Source: a virus. Taken from it: a DNA stretch of 64,000 nucleotides. Shown here piece after piece: positions 47,768 through 57,208 of the stretch. Made by a program: the position numbers and the translations under genes. Location of the stretch: positions 1,848 to 65,847 of the IMG/VR virus record IMGVR_UViG_2806310403_000001; one strand, written 5' to 3'. Below the pieces are notes generated by a model. The model had not been told where the DNA came from. It was given only the letters and a program-made list of their open reading frames with translations, and made no database searches. The first letter of the stretch is position 1. Each line of letters opens with the position of its first letter.

Positions 47768-48197
47768 ATGCCTGGCCGGAATTGCTTGCCCAGGACCTCG
47801 TGAATCTGCATGGGAACGTCAGTCCTTAGCCTCCGGGTTCTGGATCAGCCAGGCCTTGCGCCGCAGCTGTCGCCCAACCTCTGACATCCGCGTTGCCACG
47901 CGCTCAAGACGTGCGGCCTGCTGCAACATCTCTACCAGGTCGGATGTTGCCTCGTCGGCCTGCAGCGCCCTCTCGTACTCCAGCAGCTCATTTGCCCATG
48001 CGACAAGTGCCGATCGCATGCGACGGTCCACCTCTGTCGATGACGGCCGCGTTGGCTCTGGCGGCGTAGGCGGTGTGTTGATATGACCGAATGACATCTA
48101 CCAATGATGCCACCCGCTTAGCTCAAATACCGTAGGAGCCCGCCCTGCCTTGGGCTACGATGGATGTTCCCCAACACCATCGCCAAGGAGGGCGAGT

Positions 48198-48512
48198 ATG
48201 AACGTCTGGTACAAACTTGATCTTGGCAATGGCATGGATGCCTTGCCCAAAACGCACGAAGTGGAGCGCGAGTTCACGTCACTGTTCCTACTCAACAGTT
48301 CGCGACCAACAGGGGCAATGTTGTTCTCCCGGTATGACCTGGAGCGCGACAACGTAGAACTATTCTTCAATCCACAAGCCGCAGACATTGCCGTCCGGCA
48401 CAACGCGAAACCCTGCGATAAACCAACCCCGAACGCGTACCGTATCAGCTTACTGTGCGCCGATAGTGATGGCGGCCTGCTTGCGAATTTCCCCAGCCAG
48501 AGCGCACCATAG
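48198..48512 (+). CDS. Hypothetical protein
   Basis: AGGAGG RBS, 104-aa ORF. Confidence 0.55.
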   Translation: MNVWYKLDLGNGMDALPKTHEVEREFTSLFLLNSSRPTGAMLFSRYDLERDNVELFFNPQAADIAVRHNAKPCDKPTPNAYRISLLCADSDGGLLANFPSQSAP

Positions 48513-48837
48513 AGGAAACGCCCTGTTCTCCACAACCGTTCCCAAAGGGAAGCCTTCAACAACACCGTTGAGGTAGAGCTTCCACACTTCGCCGCTTTGG
48601 GACCGCAGCTCGAACAGCAATTCGTTATCTAACATCACATCCTCCACACCCGCACCTGCGGGCTTTTTTGCGCCATTCTCCTCATCTGCTGAGTGGAGCT
48701 CTCCAATGAACTGCGCTGACGCCATCGCCAACGCACGCTTCTTTGCTTCCTCAGCGGAGGATGCAACAATATGAAACACGAAGCTAGAGCCTTCGTACTT
48801 GTACTCAAACCCGTAAGTTTTCAGAGAGGAATCATTC

Positions 48838-49029
48838 ATGGCAACAGTCACCTATCCGTGCTACATCGAAAGAAAAGACAATCAGGGCCAGTGGTACTGG
48901 ATCTACTACGCAAGCAACGGCAAGGCCATTGCCCGCAGCAGCGAGAGCTACCACAATCACTCGGACTGCACTCACTCCATAACCCTGATCAAAGGCTCGT
49001 CCAGTCACCCGACCTTCTACTACGACTGA
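48838..49029 (+). CDS. YegP/DUF1508-family protein
   Basis: KDNQGQWYW...ASNGKAIARSSESY...DC..SI..IK. Confidence 0.8.
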   Translation: MATVTYPCYIERKDNQGQWYWIYYASNGKAIARSSESYHNHSDCTHSITLIKGSSSHPTFYYD

Positions 49030-49053
49030 CCGGGAGCCATCCCACCAGCCACC

Positions 49054-49078
49054 AAGCCGCCCACGGGCGGCTTTTTTG
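49054..49078 (+). terminator. Rho-independent terminator
   Basis: AGCCGCCC-AC-GGGCGGCT-TTTTT. Confidence 0.75.
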
Positions 49079-49115
49079 CGCCCTGTTGGGCGATGAGGGG
49101 GATTATCGCGCAAAA

Positions 49116-49157
49116 AGTAGCGTTGCTGTTGACAAAACAAAGAAGCATTGCTACTAT
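49116..49157 (+). promoter_or_regulatory. PL promoter with two OL operators
   Basis: TTGACA(49129)-17-TACTAT(49152); operators AGTAGCGTTGCTGTT (49116) and AGAAGCATTGCTACT (49141) match the OR sites. Confidence 0.85.
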
Positions 49158-49218
49158 CCACCCATTGACACACGAACCCCAGCAGACGGATGTGGAAGCT
49201 GGAGCAAAGGACGATGGC

Positions 49219-49707
49219 ATGGGCAACAACACGACGATCAGCAGAGCACAGCTTCTTGAGGTGCTGCACTACGACCAAGAGACGGGCATCTTTTCTTGGG
49301 CAAAAAGCATTGCAACCAAAGTCAAGACAGGCTCCATTGCCGGCCACATCTCTGCCGATCAGTACCAGAGGATCGTCATCTTCGGACGGAAATATCTCGC
49401 CCACCGCCTTGCGTGGCTCTATGTGCACGGCGAATGGCCAGATGGACAGATTGACCACATCAACCGACAGAAGAACGACAACCGGTTGGCCAATTTGCGG
49501 TGCGTGAGTTGTCTGAAGAACCAGCACAACAAGGGCGCATACGCCAACAACAAGAGCGGCACTCCGGGTGTGCATTGGCACACGAGAGATCAACGCTGGC
49601 GCGCCGTGATCGGGGTCAACGGACGGCGAGTACGACTCGGATCGTACATAGATCGTTCTGCAGCAGAAGCGGCTTACCAGCAGGCAAAGGCTGTCTATCA
49701 CGCTTGA
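49219..49707 (+). CDS. HNH-AP2 homing endonuclease
   Basis: YLAHRLAWLY, IDHINR.K.DNRLANLR, NNKSG.PGV.W, RLGSY...AAEAAY. Confidence 0.88.
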   Translation: MGNNTTISRAQLLEVLHYDQETGIFSWAKSIATKVKTGSIAGHISADQYQRIVIFGRKYLAHRLAWLYVHGEWPDGQIDHINRQKNDNRLANLRCVSCLKNQHNKGAYANNKSGTPGVHWHTRDQRWRAVIGVNGRRVRLGSYIDRSAAEAAYQQAKAVYHA

Positions 49708-50252
49708 CTGGATTCTTCCCGACAGCCCTTAGTGAGGGCTGTCGAGAGGAATTCCTCTGCCAACACACCGGCCTCGACGGATTGCTGAAAGGGCCTTGAT
49801 AGCGAAGGGCATCGCAGGTGTGGCCAGTACCCGGAATGTTTCCGAAGGGCTGGCACGGTGTCATGGGTGGATGTGCATCGCCAGGTCTACCGCCAGGGTC
49901 TTTAACAACCAATCCCCGCGGATCAGTCGTCAAGCATTTCTTGACAACTGGCAGCGACCGGCCACTCGGCCGGCACGTAGTGGGGCGCATGCCGGTAGCG
50001 CAGTCGTAGCTGACATACCCGGATGAGGCTGACCAGGGCCAACAACAGCAACCGGTCAACGGCGGGTATCACGGCGGTCGTGCTCTATCCCGTTGCTCCC
50101 TTGTGAGGGCTGCATGCCGGCAACACAGCCGGAAGAAATGCAAGAACACACGCATCGCAGCCCTGAGTCGTAGATGGGCCGCCAACCCGGAGCGCATCCG
50201 GGGTAATTCCAAAGCCTCGCGGGTCGGGGTTTCGCAATTACAGGAGGTTGAG

Positions 50253-50504
50253 ATGACCAGAGAAGACATCCGTGAAATCAACGCATCGGCGCGCCGCGCA
50301 TTCGGCGCTGACATCAGCATCATGGTTGCGCGTTGCAAGGCCTGGGGCAACGACGACAACTGCATCCTGGTGCAAGGAGAACGCCACCACGATGCAACTG
50401 CGGGTTTTGCCAGGACGGCGCGCGGCGCAAAGATCACGGCCGACCAGTCGCCGGGGTTCATGGGCTCGCCCGCTCGGACATACAGCAAGGTCGTGTGGGC
50501 ATGA
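50253..50504 (+). CDS. Hypothetical early protein
   Basis: AGGAGG RBS. Confidence 0.55.
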   Translation: MTREDIREINASARRAFGADISIMVARCKAWGNDDNCILVQGERHHDATAGFARTARGAKITADQSPGFMGSPARTYSKVVWA

Positions 50505-50803
50505 CTCGTCAATACGGACGGCCTGATGTGAGCTACGAAACGTGGTACTCGGACTGGATGAAGATGCTGGCCAAGCAGCATACAAGAGAGGAGCTGGAGC
50601 GATTGCTATATGGCGCCAGGCACGACGTGCAGAAAGCGGCGCAGCAACACATTCGAGCCGTGCAGAAATCGCACTCAATGGGCGGCAACTCGATGGCAAG
50701 GGCACATGGGCGAAACAGAGTAGAGGCAAGTGGCGAGACCGCAATTGCGATCACGGGCGCCATCGAAATACACGAGCTTTTCCCCGAGCATGCAAAACAG
50801 TAA
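50501..50803 (+). CDS. Hypothetical early protein
   Basis: ATGA overlap with the previous gene. Confidence 0.55.
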   Translation: MTRQYGRPDVSYETWYSDWMKMLAKQHTREELERLLYGARHDVQKAAQQHIRAVQKSHSMGGNSMARAHGRNRVEASGETAIAITGAIEIHELFPEHAKQ

Positions 50804-50983
50804 AGCGCCGCGAAACGCTGTCTAAACACGACTGCGGCTGACTCCGGGGTACAGGCTTGGCGTTGTGGCCCGCAAATGTCAAGGTGCGCTGACCTGCCAG
50901 CGAGGGCATCAAACCAGGGCGCATTCGGGGTCAAACCAGAGCATCGGGAGCCGGTGCTGCGGTTTGATCAACAGGAGGACAGC

Positions 50984-51313
50984 ATGAACAACGCACAAGA
51001 AATCTACCGTCACAACCACAGAGGAATCCGCGCGCTTGCTCGCCACGAAGCGCTCCCTGAGAAGCGGAGCAAATGCATCCAAGAGGCGTGCGCTTCCCGA
51101 TTGTTCTGGGACGGCGACAAATACAGCCGGCCTGCCCATCCTGCTGCACGCGCTGCACGGCAAGCGCTCATAGATCGGACCTGCCGCATCGATTGGGTAC
51201 AGAGAGTGCTGGATGTGTTCGGTGCAAAAACTGACCCGGCCGTACTCAAGGCCGCGTGCGTACTGCGGCGCGCGTCGTACGGAGCCTACAGAAACGGCCG
51301 GCTTCCTGCCTGA
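50984..51313 (+). CDS. Hypothetical early protein
   Basis: AGGAGG RBS. Confidence 0.6.
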   Translation: MNNAQEIYRHNHRGIRALARHEALPEKRSKCIQEACASRLFWDGDKYSRPAHPAARAARQALIDRTCRIDWVQRVLDVFGAKTDPAVLKAACVLRRASYGAYRNGRLPA

Positions 51314-51457
51314 CTCCAACCTGAGCACACCAGGCAACCAAGACCCGACCTGCGCGGGTGTGCGCAGCAGGGCCATCAAGAGTGCGGATTGGTTGAAAAC
51401 CGTGAGGCAAAAAGGCTACGGCCCGATTGAAGCCGCAGTAATCCAGTCCGCACCCTT

Positions 51458-51557
51458 GATGGTATAGCTCAGTGGACAGAGCGCCCTATATGTGGGAGAC
51501 GGGAGAAAGGCCCGTGCGGCTGCAGCCGTGGCGCCGGTTCGAGTCCGGCCACCATCA
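51458..51557 (+). ncRNA. tRNA-like structured RNA (non-canonical; C4/CI-like or pseudo-tRNA)
   Basis: Acceptor GATGGTA/CACCATC, D-arm TAGCTCAGTGGACAGAGC, T-arm GCCGG-TTCGAGT-CCGGC; aberrant anticodon arm plus two extra hairpins. Confidence 0.65.
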
Positions 51558-51849
51558 ACCCAAACCAAGGGCGCACGCCCGGAAGTCACGTCCAGCAGGA
51601 GCCTGGAGCTGGAGAGCGTCACCGGCAAGAATTAGACGGCCAGACAGGAGAAATCCTGCGTCTGCAAGCGGTTGCTGGTAAGCCGATCTTGCCCCCTACC
51701 ATGCGGAGTTATCAGACGCGAACCACCGAGCGCAGGACATGGGATGAACACACCGGGCGCCCGGTGCTGTGGTGACAGGCCGGAGAGACGGCCACCTAAC
51801 ACCGAAGCGAGAGCGCCCCCGCAAGGGGAATACACTGGAGGAATTGACT

Positions 51850-52209
51850 ATGCAAACCACCATCGATGCCATTCGTGATGCGCACGCCGCCACGATGCGC
51901 GCCATCCATCAGGCTAATCGCGACTTCGGCAACAGCGGGGGAATCGCTGTAATGCTGCACCGACTACAAGAGGCAGGCTTGGAGCTAAAAGCGGCGGAGA
52001 ACCAAGCCGTCCGAGCGAAGTCCCGGCGCGACCTACTCGCTTCTCATCCAACACAGACCCCCGAATATTGGGAGCGTCTGGCCTTAGATGAGCGAGCATT
52101 CGCGGAAAGTGACCGTCTCATGCGAACTGGATCGGTTGAATCGATCGAACTGCACATTAAAAACGCAGAGCAATACGAAGCGAAAGCAAAGGATTTGCGC
52201 GCTGCCTGA
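51850..52209 (+). CDS. Hypothetical early protein
   Basis: GGAGG RBS. Confidence 0.6.
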   Translation: MQTTIDAIRDAHAATMRAIHQANRDFGNSGGIAVMLHRLQEAGLELKAAENQAVRAKSRRDLLASHPTQTPEYWERLALDERAFAESDRLMRTGSVESIELHIKNAEQYEAKAKDLRAA

Positions 52210-52617
52210 CATGCCGGCTCTGGTGGGGGGAGAGTGAATGACGCCGGGCGGCAACCGGCACGAGCAGCGGCAATACACGATACGCCAGCATGAGCCGAGG
52301 GTTCAGTCCACAGGCAAGCAACAGTGCATTCTCATTCGTGTGACATCTCGGAGAGACGGGCTTTTTCGAGTGTGATTTGTTGGGCGGAATGCCGTAGCCG
52401 GTGAGGCGTGGAAACAATCGGGCGGATACATCCTAGGCGGGGATTAGGTTCGCCGCTGCTATGAAAACATGGGCCAGCCCAGTGCTGGTGTAGCGCCCAG
52501 CACGCCCACCAAATCGCATTCAAGTATCTATTCACGCTGACCAGTTCCACATAGGGACGAGAGCGCGAAGTATCTATTCATCAAGCCCCACATGGGGCTT
52601 TTTTCATGGGGAAAGAA

Positions 52618-52824
52618 ATGCAATTCACAGACTTCTTGCGTGACAGTGCCCGATCTTTCCACTGGAAAGTGGGTTGCATCGATGGCTATGCCGGGCTGGT
52701 CTTTGTCCCGCAATGGCCCATCGGATCAGCAGAGTGCGACGCACAGCGAGCAGGACACCAGCACGGCGCCGAGATGCTGCGCCGCGAGGTTGATGCTGGC
52801 ATCGATCAGTTGGTGGCTGCATGA
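52618..52824 (+). CDS. Hypothetical protein
   Basis: Short ORF coupled (ATGA) to the next gene. Confidence 0.5.
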   Translation: MQFTDFLRDSARSFHWKVGCIDGYAGLVFVPQWPIGSAECDAQRAGHQHGAEMLRREVDAGIDQLVAA

Positions 52825-53150
52825 ATACATACCCCGACTGGATGACCGGCGACGACCTCGCCGTCGAGGCAGAGCGGCGCGAGACGGCCGCTGCAGACCG
52901 TGATACTGCACTCGACCGCCGCGCCGAAACCCTGCTGGGGATCGACTGGTCACGCCCGATCTACCGCGACGGCCCGAGCATCGAAGAGCTGACAACTTGC
53001 ATGCCGGACGACTACTACGCGGCATGCAACCGCATCAACGCGGCAGTGCTCAACGACGAGTCGCCAGACCCAACAGACAAACACGCCGCCCGGCAGATGC
53101 TGCTGGACGAGATCAAAAACCAACTGACCGCCCAAGAGGCGGTTTTTTAA
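52821..53150 (+). CDS. Hypothetical protein
   Basis: 109-aa acidic ORF. Confidence 0.55.
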   Translation: MNTYPDWMTGDDLAVEAERRETAAADRDTALDRRAETLLGIDWSRPIYRDGPSIEELTTCMPDDYYAACNRINAAVLNDESPDPTDKHAARQMLLDEIKNQLTAQEAVF

Positions 53151-53469
53151 TGGGAGAGCGACATGGATAAGACCATCGACCGCATGCGCACCTACGGCGG
53201 GTCGTTTGCCAAGGCCATCGCAGAGGCCTGGATTCGCGCTGACGCGATCAACAAAGAGCGGCTGCAGGATGCGTTCCCGGAGCTGTTCGAGAGCTATGCC
53301 ATGGAGGGCGCATGACAGCGATCAAAACCCTGGCGCTGGTCATTGCCGGCGCTCTTGTGCTCATCGCTGCTGCGTGTACGGCGCAGGGCGATGCTGCTGC
53401 TCAGGATGTTGTCGCGGCTCTTGTTGTCGAGGCGGAGAGCGGAAAGTGGGAAGAAGGAAGGGACACCAA

Positions 53470-54927
53470 ATGACCAACAAACAAGCACCAGCAGCACCCA
53501 AAGTGCCGAGTGGCTGGCCGACCGACGATGATGTCCGAGACGCTTACAAAGACGCGTTCGACCTCACGCCGGCCGGTAGCATTTGGGCGAACCTAGGCGT
53601 ACTGGCAGAAGCACTGCGCCAACGTTTTCCAATCGCAGTAGCAGAGGCGGCGCCGCAGCCTGCGGGAGAGTCGGCCAATGTCGTCTACCGCTGGCGTGCG
53701 ATGGACAACTCGGGATTCTGCTACGGCGGCAATCCGCCTGACGATCTGCCGCAGAGCGCATGCCTGACCGCCTACTACCGACAACCCGACCAATTTCGCG
53801 CGGCCCTGTTCGAGATCAGCGCCACTGGCAACATGACGGCCACGCCGAAGCAATTCGCCCGGCATCTGCAAAAGATCGCGCGGGATGCACTGGCCGGCGC
53901 TGCTGTAGAGCGGCCTGCGGGAGAGTATCCGCCGCTGCCCGACCTGAGCGCAGACAGCGAAATAATGCTGGAGATCGTGCACTTGCACGAAGTGCCCAAC
54001 AGCAACGTCGCACGAATCCACTTCGCCGCAGAACGAGGAATCAGCCATTTGCTGCGCGCCTACGTCGATGCAGACCGCGCAGCGCGTGGGCAGGCTCACC
54101 CCCCGAGCGGCGGCGCGCTCCCCACTTGGGAAGAGGTGCGCCACTGGCTTGCGCTGTTTGTTGCGGGAGCAACCAGTAAGGCTCCAAAAGACTGGTACAA
54201 CGCGCTGGACCAAATTTTCTGCGACGACGCGCCGCTGGGCGCATGGCGCAGGGCGATGGATGCTGGGCAAGCTCAACCTGTGGGCGGGGATGATGGGTTG
54301 CCAATCGAGCTGCGGGGCATCCAAGAGACGGTGGCCGAGGGTCGCGGCGTCTGGCGCTCTTGCTCAGGTTGCCACGAACTGGACGAAGGCCACGATACCG
54401 GCCCTCGTAGCAAAGTGTTCGGCTGCGCCCTCGGCGTTGGCTGCTCTGAATGCGGCGGCATCGGTGCAGTCTGGGATACGACCGACTACGGCGCGATGGG
54501 CGATGCGCTGGCCGACAGCATGGCCAAGCCCCAACCATCCGGTAGCGGCGCTGATGGTCTGGATGCAGCGGTGGACAAAGCGTGGTCGCGGTTCCAGTCG
54601 GCTATTGCGCCGACCGACGATGAACTGGAGGAGTTCGCAGCGCGCTACGCGGATGAGCAGGGCTGCATCCATGGTGACTCGCATGCGGACATGGCCAGGG
54701 CGCTACTCGACGAGTTTGCAAAACGGCATCTGTTTGCATCCCCCGACGACACTCAGCCCCAGCCAGCCGGGAATGCCGGAGAGTTGTTGAGCGATGCGGC
54801 CATTGAAACGCTGGCAAAGCAGTACGACTGCCACAGCGCGCCAGGGTTTAAGGGGTTTGCACAGGAAGTAGCTCGTCGTGCCGCTCTCGCTGCAAAGCCA
54901 GCCGCTCACCAGGTGGAACAGAAATGA
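53470..54927 (+). CDS. Mosaic Ea22-like early protein
   Basis: Modules separated by QPAG/QPVG/QPSG linkers; includes a CxxC...CxxC module. Confidence 0.6.
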   Translation: MTNKQAPAAPKVPSGWPTDDDVRDAYKDAFDLTPAGSIWANLGVLAEALRQRFPIAVAEAAPQPAGESANVVYRWRAMDNSGFCYGGNPPDDLPQSACLTAYYRQPDQFRAALFEISATGNMTATPKQFARHLQKIARDALAGAAVERPAGEYPPLPDLSADSEIMLEIVHLHEVPNSNVARIHFAAERGISHLLRAYVDADRAARGQAHPPSGGALPTWEEVRHWLALFVAGATSKAPKDWYNALDQIFCDDAPLGAWRRAMDAGQAQPVGGDDGLPIELRGIQETVAEGRGVWRSCSGCHELDEGHDTGPRSKVFGCALGVGCSECGGIGAVWDTTDYGAMGDALADSMAKPQPSGSGADGLDAAVDKAWSRFQSAIAPTDDELEEFAARYADEQGCIHGDSHADMARALLDEFAKRHLFASPDDTQPQPAGNAGELLSDAAIETLAKQYDCHSAPGFKGFAQEVARRAALAAKPAAHQVEQK

Positions 54928-55679
54928 TCAGGGCCGTCGTTCCGGTAAGTGGCGGCAAAGATAGCCAAGCCGCACTCAAACTGGCTGTTGGTCAATTCGG
55001 CGTTGAGAACATCGTTGGTTTGTTCTGCGACACGCAGAACGAACACCCGATCACATATGCACACATCGAGCGCCTACGCACTCTCTACGGGGCCCTGCGG
55101 ATCGACACAGTATGCGCAGGGTCCGTTGAAGAAAAGTGCATCAAGTACGGACGCTTCCCCGGCGGCGGTGCACGGTTCTGCACCGACGAACTCAAGATCG
55201 TGCCGACGAAGAAGTATTGCAAGGCTCTTGCCGAGTCTCTGGGGCACGGCTTTGAAGTCTGGTACGGCATGCGCTCGAAAGAAAGCCCGGAGCGCCAGCG
55301 CCGATATGCGGGCAAGGTCTGCGACGAGTTGTATGCGCCGCATGAAGTCCTGCCGAGCAAGTACCCAAAGTACCTCGCCGCGCTGGGCGTGATGTTCCGG
55401 CTCGCAGTGCTGGACTGGACCGACGCGGACGTAATGGCATTCCTCGAGGGCCAGCACAACCCGCTCTACGACGCTGGATTTCCCCGTGTCGGCTGCTTCC
55501 CCTGTGGCGCGTCGGGGGACCGATGGAAGGAGAAAGCCTTCCAGCACGACGATTTTGGCAAGCAGCAATACATCAGGGTCCAAGACATCGGCCGCCGCAT
55601 TGGCAAGTCGATCTGGACATCTAAGGGCGGTCAGGCTCGGAATCAAGAATTCGAAGGATGCAATCTATGCGAGATTTGA
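54924..55679 (+). CDS. Phosphoadenosine phosphosulfate reductase-family protein
   Basis: PP-loop VSGGKDS, FCTDELKIVP, G.RS.ES..R, NPLY..GF.RVGCFPC. Confidence 0.85.
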   Translation: MIRAVVPVSGGKDSQAALKLAVGQFGVENIVGLFCDTQNEHPITYAHIERLRTLYGALRIDTVCAGSVEEKCIKYGRFPGGGARFCTDELKIVPTKKYCKALAESLGHGFEVWYGMRSKESPERQRRYAGKVCDELYAPHEVLPSKYPKYLAALGVMFRLAVLDWTDADVMAFLEGQHNPLYDAGFPRVGCFPCGASGDRWKEKAFQHDDFGKQQYIRVQDIGRRIGKSIWTSKGGQARNQEFEGCNLCEI

Positions 55680-56620
55680 AAAACGACACTCCACAGGTGG
55701 AAGGAGGGGCAGAGCCGATCAAGATCATGCGCTGGAACCCGCTTCCAGGCCTCGGCGGCATGAACCCAGCAGCGAACGGGCTGTACGTGCGCTACGAGGA
55801 TCACGCCGCCGCTCTCGCCGCCCAGGGCCAGGAGGTCCAGATCAATCAAGCTGTCGACAAGGCATGGGATCACTTCGAGGCCGTGATGGACAAGGGCACG
55901 TACTTGCCGCCACCTGGCATCCATGCCGCAGTCCACTACGCAGGATTCCTGCGCCGCTTGGCACACAAGCAAACAGAGCCGACGAAGGCCGGAGCTATCG
56001 CCAATGCGGCCAGCATGATCGATGTGCTGCTGCAGGAGACGCGCCGGCTGCATCGGGAGCTGATCGACGCCCAGGGCCGGGAGGCAGAGCCGAGACCCTT
56101 CGACTTCGCGGCCCACCTAGCCCGCCAAGCCGAATTCAGTGCCCGCACCTTCGGCCCTGGTCAGCGCACGCAAGGCGTGTGCGACCACATCCGCAAAGAG
56201 TTGCGCGAAATTGAAGCCGCCCCCGATGACTTGTCCGAGTGGATCGACGTTGCCATCCTCGCCCTCGACGGCGCGTGGCGCATCGGGGCTACGCCCACCG
56301 AAATCATCGCGGCGATGGTCGCCAAGCAGACCAAGAACGAAGGCCGCCGTTGGCCCGATTGGCACACGGCTGACCCCAGCAAGGCCATCGAGCACGACCG
56401 GGGCGACGAACACTTGCCCAGCGCCCAGGCTGATGCGGACAAGCGGGATGCGCAGCGGTATCGCTGGCTGCGCGACGGAACCATCGATGAGGATGGAAAC
56501 ATCAACGACGAAATCCACGTCGCGGTTGATAGCCCGGAATGGCCCAATCAGTGGGCGCTTGTTGCTCAAGACCTTGACGCCGCTATCGACGCCGCCCTCA
56601 AGAAAGGCGGTGCAGCATGA
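55667..56620 (+). CDS. dATP/dGTP pyrophosphohydrolase (DUF550, MazG-like) domain protein
   Basis: FSARTFGPG..GV.DHI.KEL.E...P.DLSEW.DV.ILALDG..R; R.WPDW. Confidence 0.82.
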   Translation: MRDLKNDTPQVEGGAEPIKIMRWNPLPGLGGMNPAANGLYVRYEDHAAALAAQGQEVQINQAVDKAWDHFEAVMDKGTYLPPPGIHAAVHYAGFLRRLAHKQTEPTKAGAIANAASMIDVLLQETRRLHRELIDAQGREAEPRPFDFAAHLARQAEFSARTFGPGQRTQGVCDHIRKELREIEAAPDDLSEWIDVAILALDGAWRIGATPTEIIAAMVAKQTKNEGRRWPDWHTADPSKAIEHDRGDEHLPSAQADADKRDAQRYRWLRDGTIDEDGNINDEIHVAVDSPEWPNQWALVAQDLDAAIDAALKKGGAA

Positions 56621-57039
56621 GCCGCTACCTGATCGCTCACATCGGCCACACGACCCGATCACACGAACACATCCACTGGTGGCGGCCCGACAGCCGTGGA
56701 TACACGTTCAGCATCGAGCATGCTGGCCTCTATAGTGAGTTCGAGGCGCGCGCGATCTGCCGTCACGGCACTTGCATTGCGGTGCTCAAAGAGCACGTCG
56801 AAAAGCTGGCGCGCAGCACCCCTTACTACCGGCGCAGCGACGGCAATCTCGAGCCGCTCTACGACCTCGCAAGACCGGGCGTTGTCCCGAACGGCAAGGT
56901 CGAATGGGTGGCCATTATGGCTGCACGCATGGACTGCGGCAGAGTCGATAAGCCGACGCCGCGCACGGCGAGTAAGGCCCGCGCGATCTACCTGCCGGGC
57001 TTGCCGGCCCGCAATGAAAAGGAAGGCAGTACCGCATGA
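56617..57039 (+). CDS. Hypothetical protein
   Basis: WWRPDSRGYT...AGLYS pattern common in phage early genes. Confidence 0.6.
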   Translation: MSRYLIAHIGHTTRSHEHIHWWRPDSRGYTFSIEHAGLYSEFEARAICRHGTCIAVLKEHVEKLARSTPYYRRSDGNLEPLYDLARPGVVPNGKVEWVAIMAARMDCGRVDKPTPRTASKARAIYLPGLPARNEKEGSTA

Positions 57040-57208
57040 AACCCATCCGAAGCACAGCCCCGCCCTACTCCCTGCAGAGCCCGGCTTTCCGCTACACCCC
57101 GGCAGACCGGACGGACATCAGGGAAACATTCAGACGAATCCGGCAGACAAGCATGCCGATGTTCAAACAGGCCCGCCAGTGAGCGGGCTTTTTGTTGGAG
57201 AAATAGCA

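Noticed and set aside
51484..51496. CCCTATATGTGGG as another late-promoter copy
   Set aside because: Lacks the AA flank, correct arm spacing and N22 hexamer; lies inside the tRNA-like element.
51458..51557. Functional canonical tRNA
   Set aside because: Anticodon stem only 3 bp, oversized insert, A-C mismatch in the acceptor stem and no CCA; kept as tRNA-like ncRNA.
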